From: Parcubacteria group bacterium
Lineage (GTDB): Bacteria; Patescibacteriota; Minisyncoccia; 2-02-FULL-40-12; IGHO2-01-FULL-4-A
NCBI GenBank assembly: GCA_043821485.1
Contig: JBDRCU010000037.1
Location: forward strand, 28,746 to 92,745
DNA length: 64,000 nucleotides
Reading direction: 5' to 3'
Made by a program: the position numbers and the translations under genes. Positions 19,191 to 28,612 of this stretch are shown one piece after another; position 1 is the first letter of the stretch, and every line of letters begins with the position of its first letter. The notes under the pieces were generated by a model. It was not told where the DNA came from, ran no database searches, and was given only the letters and a program-made list of their open reading frames with translations.

Positions 19191-20150
19191 ATGCAACTTG
19201 GAATCGTCGGCCTGCCTAATGTGGGTAAATCCACATTATTCCAGGCCCTGACAAACAAAGAAATTGATATATCGAATTATCCTTTTACTACAATAGATCC
19301 AAATGTAGGTATTGTTACTGTTCCGGATGAAAGACTTGAAAAGCTAACCGAATTATCTAACTCGAAAAAAACCATCCCAACAGCAATTGAATTTGTAGAT
19401 ATTGCAGGGCTTGTAAAAGGCGCTGCAGATGGAGAAGGCCTTGGTAATCAATTTTTGGCCAATATTCGCGAGGTGGATGCAATCGTACATGTTGTACGCG
19501 CTTTTGTGGATGAGGATATCACACATGTCCATAATACAATCGATCCTGCAAATGATATTGAAATAATTGAAATCGAACTAGGATTAGCAGATATGCAAAC
19601 CAAGGAAGCCCGTGAAAAGAAGAGGGACAAAAAGGACATCCCTCCCCTAGAACTCCTCACCGATAAAAAAATCATTTACGCCCTGAATGTTTCAGAAAAA
19701 CAATTAAAGGATGGCTGGAAACCAGATGAAAAAATATTAAAAGCTATGAAAGGAAGCGACTACGTCGTCGTATCCAATACATTTGAACTCCTTCTCTCCA
19801 AGTCTGATTCCGAAGAAAAGAAAGAATATTTAGCAGACATGGGGATTGAACAGTCTGGTTTGGATGAACTAATACAAAAGTGTTACCACACACTCGGACT
19901 AATAACTTTCTTAACTACAGGAGAAGACGAAACACGTGCATGGACCGCAAAGAAGGGAGATCTTATCCCCTATGCAGTTAGTGCTATACATACAGATTTT
20001 GAACGTCTATTTATCCGCGCAGATGTTATTAACTGGGAAGAATTAATAAAAATAGGTTCATGGAGTAAAGCAAGAAACTTAGGGAAAATAAAAACAGTCG
20101 GCAAAGACTATGTCATTAATGAAGGCGATGTTGTGGAAGTGAAGATATAA
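19191..20150 (+). CDS. ychF: Redox-regulated ATPase YchF (short form)
   Basis: GIVGLPNVGKST, NYPFTTIDPN, DIAGLVKGA, IHTDF, C-terminal TGS domain. Confidence 0.94.
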   Translation: MQLGIVGLPNVGKSTLFQALTNKEIDISNYPFTTIDPNVGIVTVPDERLEKLTELSNSKKTIPTAIEFVDIAGLVKGAADGEGLGNQFLANIREVDAIVHVVRAFVDEDITHVHNTIDPANDIEIIEIELGLADMQTKEAREKKRDKKDIPPLELLTDKKIIYALNVSEKQLKDGWKPDEKILKAMKGSDYVVVSNTFELLLSKSDSEEKKEYLADMGIEQSGLDELIQKCYHTLGLITFLTTGEDETRAWTAKKGDLIPYAVSAIHTDFERLFIRADVINWEELIKIGSWSKARNLGKIKTVGKDYVINEGDVVEVKI

Positions 20151-20160
20151 AAAGAGGAAA

Positions 20161-20195
20161 GCTCGCAGAGGAGCATTCCTACCACTCCTGCGAGC
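20161..20195. terminator. Intrinsic terminator between convergent genes
   Basis: GCTCGCAG-AGGAG...CTC-CTGCGAGC hairpin; T-rich tail on the minus strand. Confidence 0.65.
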
Positions 20196-20225
20196 AAGGA
20201 AAGAACAATAATAGGATACTGATTT

Positions 20226-20477
20226 CTACCTTCTTTCTACCGGCTCCACGGATTTCACCGTCCGCGACAAGAAGGACTTTTTCCTGTTGTCGATTTCGAC
20301 CTGCAGACTTTCTGAATTTGTCATACGGGGATTCAGTTCGTCAGGCACTTCGATCGCGACCAGTTCGCGTGAACTGAACGGACTTTCTTCGCCCTCTGTA
20401 ATCGGCCTACATCCTACCTTCCTGAGTTCTTCAGGAAAATCACTAGGAGCAATCGGATGCAACGTAACCCTATACAT
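20226..20477 (-). CDS. Hypothetical protein (GC-richer orphan)
   Basis: TTGCGT-N17-GATAAT promoter, SD GAGGAGGGG, 83-aa ORF. Confidence 0.6.
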   Translation of the reverse strand: MYRVTLHPIAPSDFPEELRKVGCRPITEGEESPFSSRELVAIEVPDELNPRMTNSESLQVEIDNRKKSFLSRTVKSVEPVERR

Positions 20478-20560
20478 TCTGATCCCCTCCTCTCAACTCT
20501 TTGATAACGGATCCCTCAGAAAAGAAACTATCCTATTATCTCAAACGTCCTCCAAAAACG

Positions 20561-20587
20561 CAAGAAGCCCCGGGGGAGGGCTTCTTG
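20561..20587 (-). terminator. Intrinsic terminator
   Basis: CAAGAAGCCC...GGGCTTCTTG hairpin followed by CGTTTTT on the minus strand. Confidence 0.65.
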
Positions 20588-20619
20588 GCCTTCCTCCTCC
20601 GGAGCTACTGGAACTGGAC

Positions 20620-20886
20620 TCAGATCTTCGTGGAAGTCCTGAGCTTTGGGGGAATCTTGTCTAATCCCTTCTTGGGAACCGAGTACAAAGGTGGTACCTT
20701 CTTACAACCCTTAATTCGTATCACGGGTTTCAGTCCTGCGAACGCTCCTCTCGGCTCTGCTTCTCCTCTTGCTTTCCCCAAAGCAATTGCTGAAGCCTCG
20801 GCAGAAGAAAAACCCTCCTGACGAACCTTGCGATTTTCCCCTCCTATGGAGAGGGTAACTTCAAAAATCCCCGAGGAATGACTCAT
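20620..20886 (-). CDS. Hypothetical basic protein (GC-richer orphan)
   Basis: SD GGGAGG before MSHSSG; own terminator downstream. Confidence 0.55.
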   Translation of the reverse strand: MSHSSGIFEVTLSIGGENRKVRQEGFSSAEASAIALGKARGEAEPRGAFAGLKPVIRIKGCKKVPPLYSVPKKGLDKIPPKLRTSTKI

Positions 20887-20958
20887 GATGCCTGATCCTC
20901 CCATTCGGTAGATATCTCAATTATTCCATAAAAAAAAGATCCCGTCTTTCCACAGGTG

Positions 20959-21807
20959 TTAATATCCAAAAAGTTTCAGTTTCTTCTCAATCATTTCCTT
21001 TGTTGCTTCAACTGCTGGTTTTGCAAATTCGTAAGGCGTGGCAGACTCATCATCTTTGGCTAATTCTTCTTCCATTGCATCATGATATGCGATGCGTAGT
21101 TCAGTATTTACATGGACATTGGTTACTCCATGAGCAATTGCTGCTTCGACTTCTTCATCAGACAAGCCCGATCCCCCATGAAGTACGATATGTACATCAG
21201 GAACAACTTCACGAATAGATCTTAAAACATCAATATCTAAATGCATTGTCTGATCTGTTGTAATCCCATGCACATTCCCGAATGCAATTGCCAAACGATC
21301 GATCCCTGTTTTTTCGACAAATTCTTCTGCTTCCTTAGGTTTAGTGTAATCTTCGTGAAAAATTTCAACTTTTTCCTGAACTTTCGAACTTCCGCGCAGA
21401 TATCCCAGCTCCCCTTCAACCATCATGTCTGGATTTTTAGACTTTGCATATTTGACAACTTCTTTTGTAAGTTCAATATTACGTTCAAAAGGCAGAGCTG
21501 ATGCATCAATATGTATTGTGTCATAACCCGCATCCACCGCTCTTGTTGCGGTTTGCCAACCTTTATGATGATCTGCATTAAGAAAAATCGGATGGCCTGC
21601 TTCTTGATATGATTTAACCAAAGCCACAGCCTGATTGTAACCAACAAACAATGCTTCATTTTCAGAAGTAGCAACCATGAGCGGCGATCCGAGTTCTTTA
21701 GCAGTCTCAACAAAAGCCTTTAATTGATCTGCAAATGAAAAATTAAAATGACCGATGGCCCAATGCTCGTCTCTCGCTTGTTTAAAATATTCTTTTAGGG
21801 ATTTCAT
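20959..21807 (-). CDS. fba: Class II fructose-bisphosphate aldolase
   Basis: NADHH, IDAS, VEGELG, GNVHG, VLHGGSG, VNTE. Confidence 0.92.
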   Translation of the reverse strand: MKSLKEYFKQARDEHWAIGHFNFSFADQLKAFVETAKELGSPLMVATSENEALFVGYNQAVALVKSYQEAGHPIFLNADHHKGWQTATRAVDAGYDTIHIDASALPFERNIELTKEVVKYAKSKNPDMMVEGELGYLRGSSKVQEKVEIFHEDYTKPKEAEEFVEKTGIDRLAIAFGNVHGITTDQTMHLDIDVLRSIREVVPDVHIVLHGGSGLSDEEVEAAIAHGVTNVHVNTELRIAYHDAMEEELAKDDESATPYEFAKPAVEATKEMIEKKLKLFGY

Positions 21808-23057
21808 AATGTTATGAATCCGCGCACAAGATTCTCTTCAATCAATTCATTTAATTTATCACGTCCTAGATATTCAATAAATATCTTATTCCACAATGCT
21901 TCTTCCTGATGGTATAAATACTTGACTGTGCCTTTCTTAACCAAAGACATAGCAAGGTCAATCAGATCAAAACTTACTAAGCGTTCTCCTCCATTTTCTT
22001 TAAAAAAATCTCCTACAAAATCCAGTCCCTGCCAATATCCATAAGCATGCCCTTCTGCACCGGGAATGGATGTTAACTTGCCCAAATCCCCTTCTGCATT
22101 ATACCAGTGTTCTGCTTCAGGATTTACATGCGGTTCAAAAAGTCTAAAATCATTTTCATCATCCTTAGCCAAATATCTCTGAATTATACGAAATGTAATA
22201 GCTCCTTCCTGCGGAGTTGGTTCATCTGATACATCCCCTCTTAACAAGGATTGCACGCTTGGAATAAACTCATCACCTTTACCTGCAAAGTGCCGGAATA
22301 ACCGAGAATAAAAAGGCACTTCATTCAAATAATGGAAAAGTAATGTGAACATGCGCATTGTTTCTCCTGGCGCATCCACAGTAATAGGTGTTATGAATAT
22401 GATTCCATATTCCTTAAGATGGCTTAAGTTATGGTATTTCTTTTTCATAAACTTTTCTGCGACATCAAGCCACTTTGTATCAAGTACCAATACTTCAACA
22501 TCACGCTCTTCAAAGTCATCAGGGGTAAGATCTTTATAAGGCTCGTCAAAAAATTTATGCATCCATTCATTATCCTGCGCAAATCTAAGAGATGAAAATA
22601 CTGAAGCAAATCCTTCTTTTTTAACAAGCTCGGCAACACTGGAATATCCAAAGTGATCGAGCAAATTCTGCGGAGGATGAGATTCAAGCATTTCAATTGC
22701 TTTTTCTTTTTTAATAAAAAATCCCTTGCCGGGTTTACTTAGCTCAAGAGCAGTATCGCACATTCTTCCGCAGACTGGCGACATCTTCCTCAAATCAGGC
22801 TTTCCAAGAAATTCAAAAAGCTGTTTATCCATGAAAGACAAACGTTCAATAAGGGAATTATAGATATCGTCAGCCTTGGCTTCGTTCCTGTCTATACCAA
22901 GCTCTTTAAGAGTTCTTCCAATCAGAAGATCGTTCTCTTCAATAACATTCTGGATCACGCCCTCTTTGCCTGTTATCCCCTGCATCTTATCAGCAAGGCC
23001 TTTGAGTACTTCCGGCTTAGTACGAAGAATCCGAGCTAATTTATCATAATTATCCAT
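21804..23057 (-). CDS. Hypothetical protein, translationally coupled to fba
   Basis: 417-aa ORF with host-like composition; ATGA overlap with fba; TATAAT 6 nt before ATG. Confidence 0.8.
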   Translation of the reverse strand: MDNYDKLARILRTKPEVLKGLADKMQGITGKEGVIQNVIEENDLLIGRTLKELGIDRNEAKADDIYNSLIERLSFMDKQLFEFLGKPDLRKMSPVCGRMCDTALELSKPGKGFFIKKEKAIEMLESHPPQNLLDHFGYSSVAELVKKEGFASVFSSLRFAQDNEWMHKFFDEPYKDLTPDDFEERDVEVLVLDTKWLDVAEKFMKKKYHNLSHLKEYGIIFITPITVDAPGETMRMFTLLFHYLNEVPFYSRLFRHFAGKGDEFIPSVQSLLRGDVSDEPTPQEGAITFRIIQRYLAKDDENDFRLFEPHVNPEAEHWYNAEGDLGKLTSIPGAEGHAYGYWQGLDFVGDFFKENGGERLVSFDLIDLAMSLVKKGTVKYLYHQEEALWNKIFIEYLGRDKLNELIEENLVRGFITL

Positions 23058-23220
23058 ATTTAAATTATACCTTAAAAACCTGATAAAAAGGAGCTAATAT
23101 TAGACCATGCTTGTGCTGTCTTGACAATGTATATTAGAAGTGATATATATAGATTATCGTGAACAACGTATTAATCTCCTTCTAACTCCTGGCTCGTCTG
23201 AGCTGGGGAAAGGAACAGAG

Positions 23221-23346
23221 ATGCATCGTAACAAGGATCGGGGCCTACGAGCCCCCAAGAATAAGAGGACATTGAACCACAGTTTCAACCACATCGGCAC
23301 CGCCAACATCGCCACCGACGCCAGCGCCGGCCACCTGTCCGGCTGA
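23221..23346 (+). CDS. Putative 41-aa peptide MHRNKDRGLRAP...HLSG
   Basis: SD-like GGAAAGGA, upstream TTGACA at 23121, GC-rich codons. Confidence 0.4.
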   Translation: MHRNKDRGLRAPKNKRTLNHSFNHIGTANIATDASAGHLSG

Positions 23347-23379
23347 GACAGCAGCCGCGCACGGCAGAAGGAGACGACG

Positions 23380-23415
23380 ATGCACCCGCGACCGCAGATC
23401 AGGGGTCCCCCGTAG
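23380..23415 (+). CDS. Putative 11-aa peptide MHPRPQIRGPP
   Basis: SD AAGGAG 7 nt upstream; in frame with the previous ORF. Confidence 0.3.
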   Translation: MHPRPQIRGPP

Positions 23416-23433
23416 GATCCCACGTTCTCCCCG

Positions 23434-23466
23434 GGGCCGCCCCAGAAAGGCGGCCCTTTCACTTTT
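23434..23466 (+). terminator. Intrinsic terminator
   Basis: GGGCCGCC-loop-GGCGGCCC followed by TTTCACTTTT. Confidence 0.75.
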
Positions 23467-24442
23467 AGATAACCTCCACTTCCACCAACGGCCATTCACT
23501 AGTTTCGTCTTTCTTCAATATCCCGTCTTTAGCGCCAAACTTTGATACAACAGAAGAAGCGTTTGCAACAGCAAACTGTATAGCTTTAGTAATATCTTCA
23601 CTTCTCATATATTCTGCAACAAAACCAGAAGCAAAGGCGTCCCCTGCCCCTGTACGTTCTTCTATGGGTGAATCCGGAATCCCTGCTTTGTATTTTTTGC
23701 CTTCTTTATCTATAACAAGCACGCCCTCTATTCCTCCACTGACTGATACAATCCCTCCAACTATCTCATGTAGCTTGGATGCAATACCATCCCAGTCTTC
23801 TCTTTTTATTCCTGTTAATTGAGATCCTTCTTCCCTATTGCATGTAAATATATCCATATCGCCTGCAACTTTGAGTAATGCATCCGGACCATCCTTGAAC
23901 ATACTTCCTGTTGTATTGATTGCTAATTTAATTCCCTTGCTTTTCGCATGCTCAACAAGCTTATACATAACATCCCAATTATTCCCTACTGAACCCAGAT
24001 ACAACCACTTAGCATCTATCTTATCCAAATCAATTTTATTAACATCAAAATGCTGTGCCTCTCCTTTATAATTAAGGATCGTTCTACTTCCAGATGAATG
24101 CACCAGAATCACTGAATACGATGTTATATTATCATCATGCTTTTGTATTAAACTCGTATCAACTCCTTCATTCTCTAATACCTCGATAATCTCTTTACCG
24201 TCCTTATCCGCACCTATTATACAAATACTTGCAACATTGTGTCCTTGCCTTGCAAAAGTCACTGCTGAATTTGTTCCTCCTCCGCCAGTCGAGAATACAA
24301 TCTTATCTATATCAATCTTTGAACCAAGCGGGAAACACTCTATCTCCCCTGTTGGAGAATCTTCGCTTTTTGCAATAATAAAGCTATCATCTTCCATGAA
24401 AACATCTTTTGTTGCTGATCCTATTGTTATTACGTCAAACAT
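23465..24442 (-). CDS. PfkB-family carbohydrate kinase
   Basis: GGGGTNSAVTFARQG, NREE, ERTGAGDAFASGF. Confidence 0.92.
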   Translation of the reverse strand: MFDVITIGSATKDVFMEDDSFIIAKSEDSPTGEIECFPLGSKIDIDKIVFSTGGGGTNSAVTFARQGHNVASICIIGADKDGKEIIEVLENEGVDTSLIQKHDDNITSYSVILVHSSGSRTILNYKGEAQHFDVNKIDLDKIDAKWLYLGSVGNNWDVMYKLVEHAKSKGIKLAINTTGSMFKDGPDALLKVAGDMDIFTCNREEGSQLTGIKREDWDGIASKLHEIVGGIVSVSGGIEGVLVIDKEGKKYKAGIPDSPIEERTGAGDAFASGFVAEYMRSEDITKAIQFAVANASSVVSKFGAKDGILKKDETSEWPLVEVEVI

Positions 24443-25079
24443 TCTCTATAGATGACCTTAAGTTGCTGATTGCTTTGTCTACATCACTACTAGTAAAAAT
24501 ATAACTTCCTGAGACAAACATACTCACACCAACCTTCGCAAGAAGCGGTGCAGTCACCGGAGTTATACCACCATCTACTTCTATGGGTATGTCTGGATAC
24601 ATATAGTTGAAGTCTTGAATTTTTTCTATAACGTCCTGAACAAAATCAGATCCATAGAATCCAGGCTCAACAGTCATGAAATGAACAAAATCAATTTGAT
24701 CGATAATATCTTCAATATCATCAGCTGGTGTTTCAGGATTTAATGCAACTCCTACCATAACGTCATTTTCTTTCAAAATATTTATTACCTCTTCAGGCTT
24801 GCTCGTAGCTTCAATGTGGAAAATGAATTTATCTGCTTGCGTATCCAGCCAGTGAGACACATGATTCTCCGGTTTGGAAACCATCAGATGCACTCCTATA
24901 CTAATGTCTGTCTCTAATTCTTTAAGTTGAGGATATCCTTCGATTGTAGCATTAGGTACAAAAATACCATCAGTAATATCCAAATGTATACGATCAACAT
25001 ACGACTCCACCTTTGCCAGATGTTCCTGGAATTCTTCAGCTGTATTTACAAGAATGGATGGAATTATTTCCTTCTCCAT
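24435..25079 (-). CDS. rpe: Ribulose-phosphate 3-epimerase
   Basis: IHLDITDGIFVPN, VHLMV, MTVEPGFYG, EVDGGI, VSGS. Confidence 0.94.
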   Translation of the reverse strand: MEKEIIPSILVNTAEEFQEHLAKVESYVDRIHLDITDGIFVPNATIEGYPQLKELETDISIGVHLMVSKPENHVSHWLDTQADKFIFHIEATSKPEEVINILKENDVMVGVALNPETPADDIEDIIDQIDFVHFMTVEPGFYGSDFVQDVIEKIQDFNYMYPDIPIEVDGGITPVTAPLLAKVGVSMFVSGSYIFTSSDVDKAISNLRSSIENV

Positions 25080-25081
25080 TT

Positions 25082-25537
25082 TTATATTTGTTGTTCTATT
25101 TTACTAATTTTATCTATTCGTCTTTTGTGACGTTCTTGATTACTAAACTCCGTATCCAACCATAGCTTTATCATAGCCTTTGCATTTTCTTCGTCAAGGA
25201 ACCCTGCACCAAGGGATAATACATTTGCATCATTATCTTCACGAGAAAGCCTAATCAAATCTGCATCACCTCCATAATATACGACTGCGCGTACGTTTTT
25301 ATACTTATTTGCAACTATAGCTTCTGCCTGACCACTCCTGCCAAGTACAATGCCTTTGCTATTAACAGGGTCTTCTGAAACCCTAACTCCCACTAAAGAT
25401 ACAAAATCTGGATAATCATCATCTTTGTCATAACTATCAGGCCCCATGTCTTCAAATCCAAAACGCCACTCAGTGAGCCATTCTTTAATCTTTGCCTTCA
25501 ATTCATAACCTCTATGGTCAGATGCTAAATAGATCAT
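25082..25537 (-). CDS. rpiB: Ribose-5-phosphate isomerase B
   Basis: ASDHRG, DDYPD, ANK, NDANVLSLG, RHKRRIDKI. Confidence 0.92.
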   Translation of the reverse strand: MIYLASDHRGYELKAKIKEWLTEWRFGFEDMGPDSYDKDDDYPDFVSLVGVRVSEDPVNSKGIVLGRSGQAEAIVANKYKNVRAVVYYGGDADLIRLSREDNDANVLSLGAGFLDEENAKAMIKLWLDTEFSNQERHKRRIDKISKIEQQI

Positions 25538-26526
25538 GACTCTAGTTTATTCAAATATGAGACTGCTGACAATAGGGCTGTTGTTCCTTGCCCAACTGCT
25601 ATAGCTATTTGATTATATGGAATGTTTGTAACATCTCCTGCAGCATAAAGCCCTGACACATTGGTCTCACCCGCCATATTTACAATAATTTGTTTAAAAT
25701 TGTCTTTTTCTGTATCTTCTGGCACTAAATCAGAATTAGGAATCATTCCTATGTGAACAAATATACCCTCAACATCGAGTGTCTGCTCAATGCCTGCTTC
25801 GTCGGTATATTTAAGCCCTGTGACAAAGTCAGTTCCCATAATTTCAGTAGTCTTTGCACTGTATATGACTGTTACATTTTTCTTTGATCTTAAATTATTA
25901 ATCAACATCTGATCTCCTTTAAACTTTGGATTTTTATTAATCACATAAACTTTCTCTGCGATTCCCGAAAGCATAAGCCCTGATTCAAGCGCGGAATTAC
26001 CTCCACCAACTGTTGCTACAGTTTTACCGGTAAATAGCGGACCATCGCAGGTCGTGCAATAACTAACTCCTTTATTTCTAAACTCTTTTTCACCAGGCAT
26101 TCCAAGCTGACGCGGATGTACGCCAGTTGCTACAATAACTGTCTTAGCAAGATAACCACATTTAGGCGCACCGTTAGTCGCCGGATCAATACGTTCAGAA
26201 GCCATCTTTGATTCTTTGCCTTTGCCTGGAGTTATACAGAACAATCCATCTTCTTGCTTGACTATATGAGCTACTTCAACACCTTCTTCAATATCGACAT
26301 TGTAATGTCTAAGGTGTTCCTTAAATTTCATAGTCAACTCAACACCGTCGATCTTCGTAAAACCGGGATAATTTCCTATCTCTCCTGATACTACTACTTC
26401 TCCTCCAAAATCTTTTGTAATTATTTTAAAGTTAAGACCCCGTCTTGCGGCGTATATTCCTGCAGCTGTTGCAGCTGCCGATCCTCCGACAATAAGGAGG
26501 TCTAGAGGTTTACTATTTTGATCCAT
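25534..26526 (-). CDS. trxB: Thioredoxin-disulfide reductase
   Basis: GVSYCTTCDG, VGGGNSA, YAAGDV. Confidence 0.92.
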   Translation of the reverse strand: MDQNSKPLDLLIVGGSAAATAAGIYAARRGLNFKIITKDFGGEVVVSGEIGNYPGFTKIDGVELTMKFKEHLRHYNVDIEEGVEVAHIVKQEDGLFCITPGKGKESKMASERIDPATNGAPKCGYLAKTVIVATGVHPRQLGMPGEKEFRNKGVSYCTTCDGPLFTGKTVATVGGGNSALESGLMLSGIAEKVYVINKNPKFKGDQMLINNLRSKKNVTVIYSAKTTEIMGTDFVTGLKYTDEAGIEQTLDVEGIFVHIGMIPNSDLVPEDTEKDNFKQIIVNMAGETNVSGLYAAGDVTNIPYNQIAIAVGQGTTALLSAVSYLNKLES

Positions 26527-26544
26527 AATTATAGTATATCATTA

Positions 26545-27966
26545 GTGCCAAATCTTCTAAAACAATTAAAAGAATCTCCTTATCTATCGATACTGTCCAT
26601 AATATTCTTGAGTCTCCTCACTCATTTTCTATTTTTCAGCCATCCAGGCCAAGTGGTATTCGATGAAGTTCACTTCGGCCGTTTTGTAACAGGCTACTTC
26701 ACTCATGAATACTTTTTTGACATTCATCCCCCGCTTGGCAAACTCCTTATAGCTGGCATGGGCTATATTGCTGGCTTTAAACCGGGCATAAGCTTTGAAA
26801 CGATTGGCAATGCTTTTCCAGATAACACTTATGTCTGGCTCCGATTGCTTCCATCTCTTGCCGGAGCTCTTATCGCCCCTGTCATATACCTATTGCTTCG
26901 TGAGCTTAAATTTTCCAAAGCCATGTCATGGCTCGCAGGCATATTGATTGTATTCGAAAGCGCTCTATTAGTACAATCCCGATTCATGCTGCTCGATGCA
27001 TTCCTGCTTCTGTTTGGATTTGTCGCCTTTCTTCTATATGCACGATTCCATAATACAGATAAACTGCGCTATCTTATTGGAGCATTCATATTCGCAGGAT
27101 TATCCTTGTCTATCAAGTGGACAGGTCTGACATTTCTTGGCGTTATTGGATTGATTGAAATAATTAAAATTCTCAAAAACTTCACTTGGCAAAAATTCTG
27201 GCGTTTGTTTGGCGTAACTGCATTAGCCCTCATCATATACTTCTCATTTTTTGTTATACATTTTCATCTATTATACAAATCCGGCCAAGGAGATGCATTT
27301 AGTTCTTCTGAATTCCAAAAAACGCTTCAAGACAGCAACTACGAGAACGATAATACCATTGATAACTGGAATAGCAATCCAATAACAAAAGATCTTAAAA
27401 AATTTATAGAGCTAAACTCGACAATGCTTGGATCAAATTCCGGACTCAATGCAACTCATCCATATTCAAGCAAATGGTATACTTGGCCATTCATGCAGAG
27501 ACCAATGTTTTACTGGAGCGACTTTACTTCTGCAGATCAAGCACCCGACGAGAAGGATCACAACGATCGAATCTATCTAATCGGCAACCCTGTCATTTGG
27601 TGGGGATCAACTTTTGCAATGCTATATTTTATCCTTATTGCTCTGTCTGAACTTCCTTCAGTTCTTCTCAAAAAGAAAAAGACAGACAAATTCATGTGGA
27701 TATTGATTGGCGTATATATAGCCAGCCTGCTTCCATTTATCGGAGTCTCACGAGTATTATTTTTGTATCATTACTTCACCTCACTAATCCTAGCCATCAT
27801 TGCTCTTGCTTATCTTCTAGACAATTTACCGAACAAAAAACGGATTATTATTCCGTTCCTTGCTTTATCTATAGCTGCATTCATATTCTTCTCCCCTATC
27901 ATATACGGCCTGACAATCCCTGAATGGCTGTATAATCTTCAAGCTTGGTTCCCAAGCTGGAGGTAA
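26545..27966 (+). CDS. Protein O-mannosyltransferase (PMT/GT39)
   Basis: VFDEVHFG, FDIHPPLGK, SRFMLLD, KWTG, HPYSSKWYTWP, FLYHY; GTG start at 26545 chosen to avoid overlap with trxB. Confidence 0.9.
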   Translation: MPNLLKQLKESPYLSILSIIFLSLLTHFLFFSHPGQVVFDEVHFGRFVTGYFTHEYFFDIHPPLGKLLIAGMGYIAGFKPGISFETIGNAFPDNTYVWLRLLPSLAGALIAPVIYLLLRELKFSKAMSWLAGILIVFESALLVQSRFMLLDAFLLLFGFVAFLLYARFHNTDKLRYLIGAFIFAGLSLSIKWTGLTFLGVIGLIEIIKILKNFTWQKFWRLFGVTALALIIYFSFFVIHFHLLYKSGQGDAFSSSEFQKTLQDSNYENDNTIDNWNSNPITKDLKKFIELNSTMLGSNSGLNATHPYSSKWYTWPFMQRPMFYWSDFTSADQAPDEKDHNDRIYLIGNPVIWWGSTFAMLYFILIALSELPSVLLKKKKTDKFMWILIGVYIASLLPFIGVSRVLFLYHYFTSLILAIIALAYLLDNLPNKKRIIIPFLALSIAAFIFFSPIIYGLTIPEWLYNLQAWFPSWR

Positions 27967-27976
27967 ATATCCGAAT

Positions 27977-28594
27977 CTACAGCTTTATTTCTCTTACCTT
28001 AAGATACAGCTCTTCAGCACGCTCCCAGTCAAAATTATTCCAGAATACTTCAATGTAGGCTTTTCGATCTGCACCGAAATCCATGAAGTAAGCATGTTCG
28101 TAGACATCTAAGACTATAACCGGAATTGCTCCCCATACTCCTCCTTGATTATGCGAGTCACCATTATACTGCATAATCTTCCCTCGTCTTGGATCCCATG
28201 CAAGTACTGCCCAGCCACGAGATGCCATTGCACATTCAGTCATATATTTAATTCCATCTTTAACGCTTCCCCATTTTTCCTCTATTGCTTTTGACAATTC
28301 TGGAGCTTTATTTGAATCACCATCTCCTCCTAATACATCGAAATACCATTCATGCAGATACATACCATTAACAGAAAAAGTCTCTGCCTGCTTTAATGCG
28401 CGGAGTTCACTATATGTTTGATTGCCTTGAGCCTCTCCGCTTATTAGTTTGTCGCGTAGCTTTCCAAGACCACTCCATACTTCTTCTGCTTTCTCAACAT
28501 AACCAACATAAAGTTTGTCATGATGCGTCTCAATTGTTTCCTTAGAAATTCCCTTGAGAGAATCTTTATCGAATTTTAATGGTTTAGGTTCCAT
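27977..28594 (-). CDS. sod: Fe/Mn superoxide dismutase
   Basis: HHDKLY, LHEWYF, GWAVL, LDVYEHAYF. Confidence 0.92.
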   Translation of the reverse strand: MEPKPLKFDKDSLKGISKETIETHHDKLYVGYVEKAEEVWSGLGKLRDKLISGEAQGNQTYSELRALKQAETFSVNGMYLHEWYFDVLGGDGDSNKAPELSKAIEEKWGSVKDGIKYMTECAMASRGWAVLAWDPRRGKIMQYNGDSHNQGGVWGAIPVIVLDVYEHAYFMDFGADRKAYIEVFWNNFDWERAEELYLKVREIKL

Positions 28595-28612
28595 TTTAAA
28601 TATTGCACTGCC

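Noticed and set aside
23226-23236. 11-nt match TCGTAACAAGG to the spliced 16S intron junction
   Set aside because: Too short for a LAGLIDADG target, found post hoc, and plausible by chance in 64 kb.
23160-23460. tmRNA, RNase P or SRP RNA
   Set aside because: No tRNA-like ends or T-loop, no GAGGAAAGTCC core, and no SRP GGAA/AGCAG motif on either strand.
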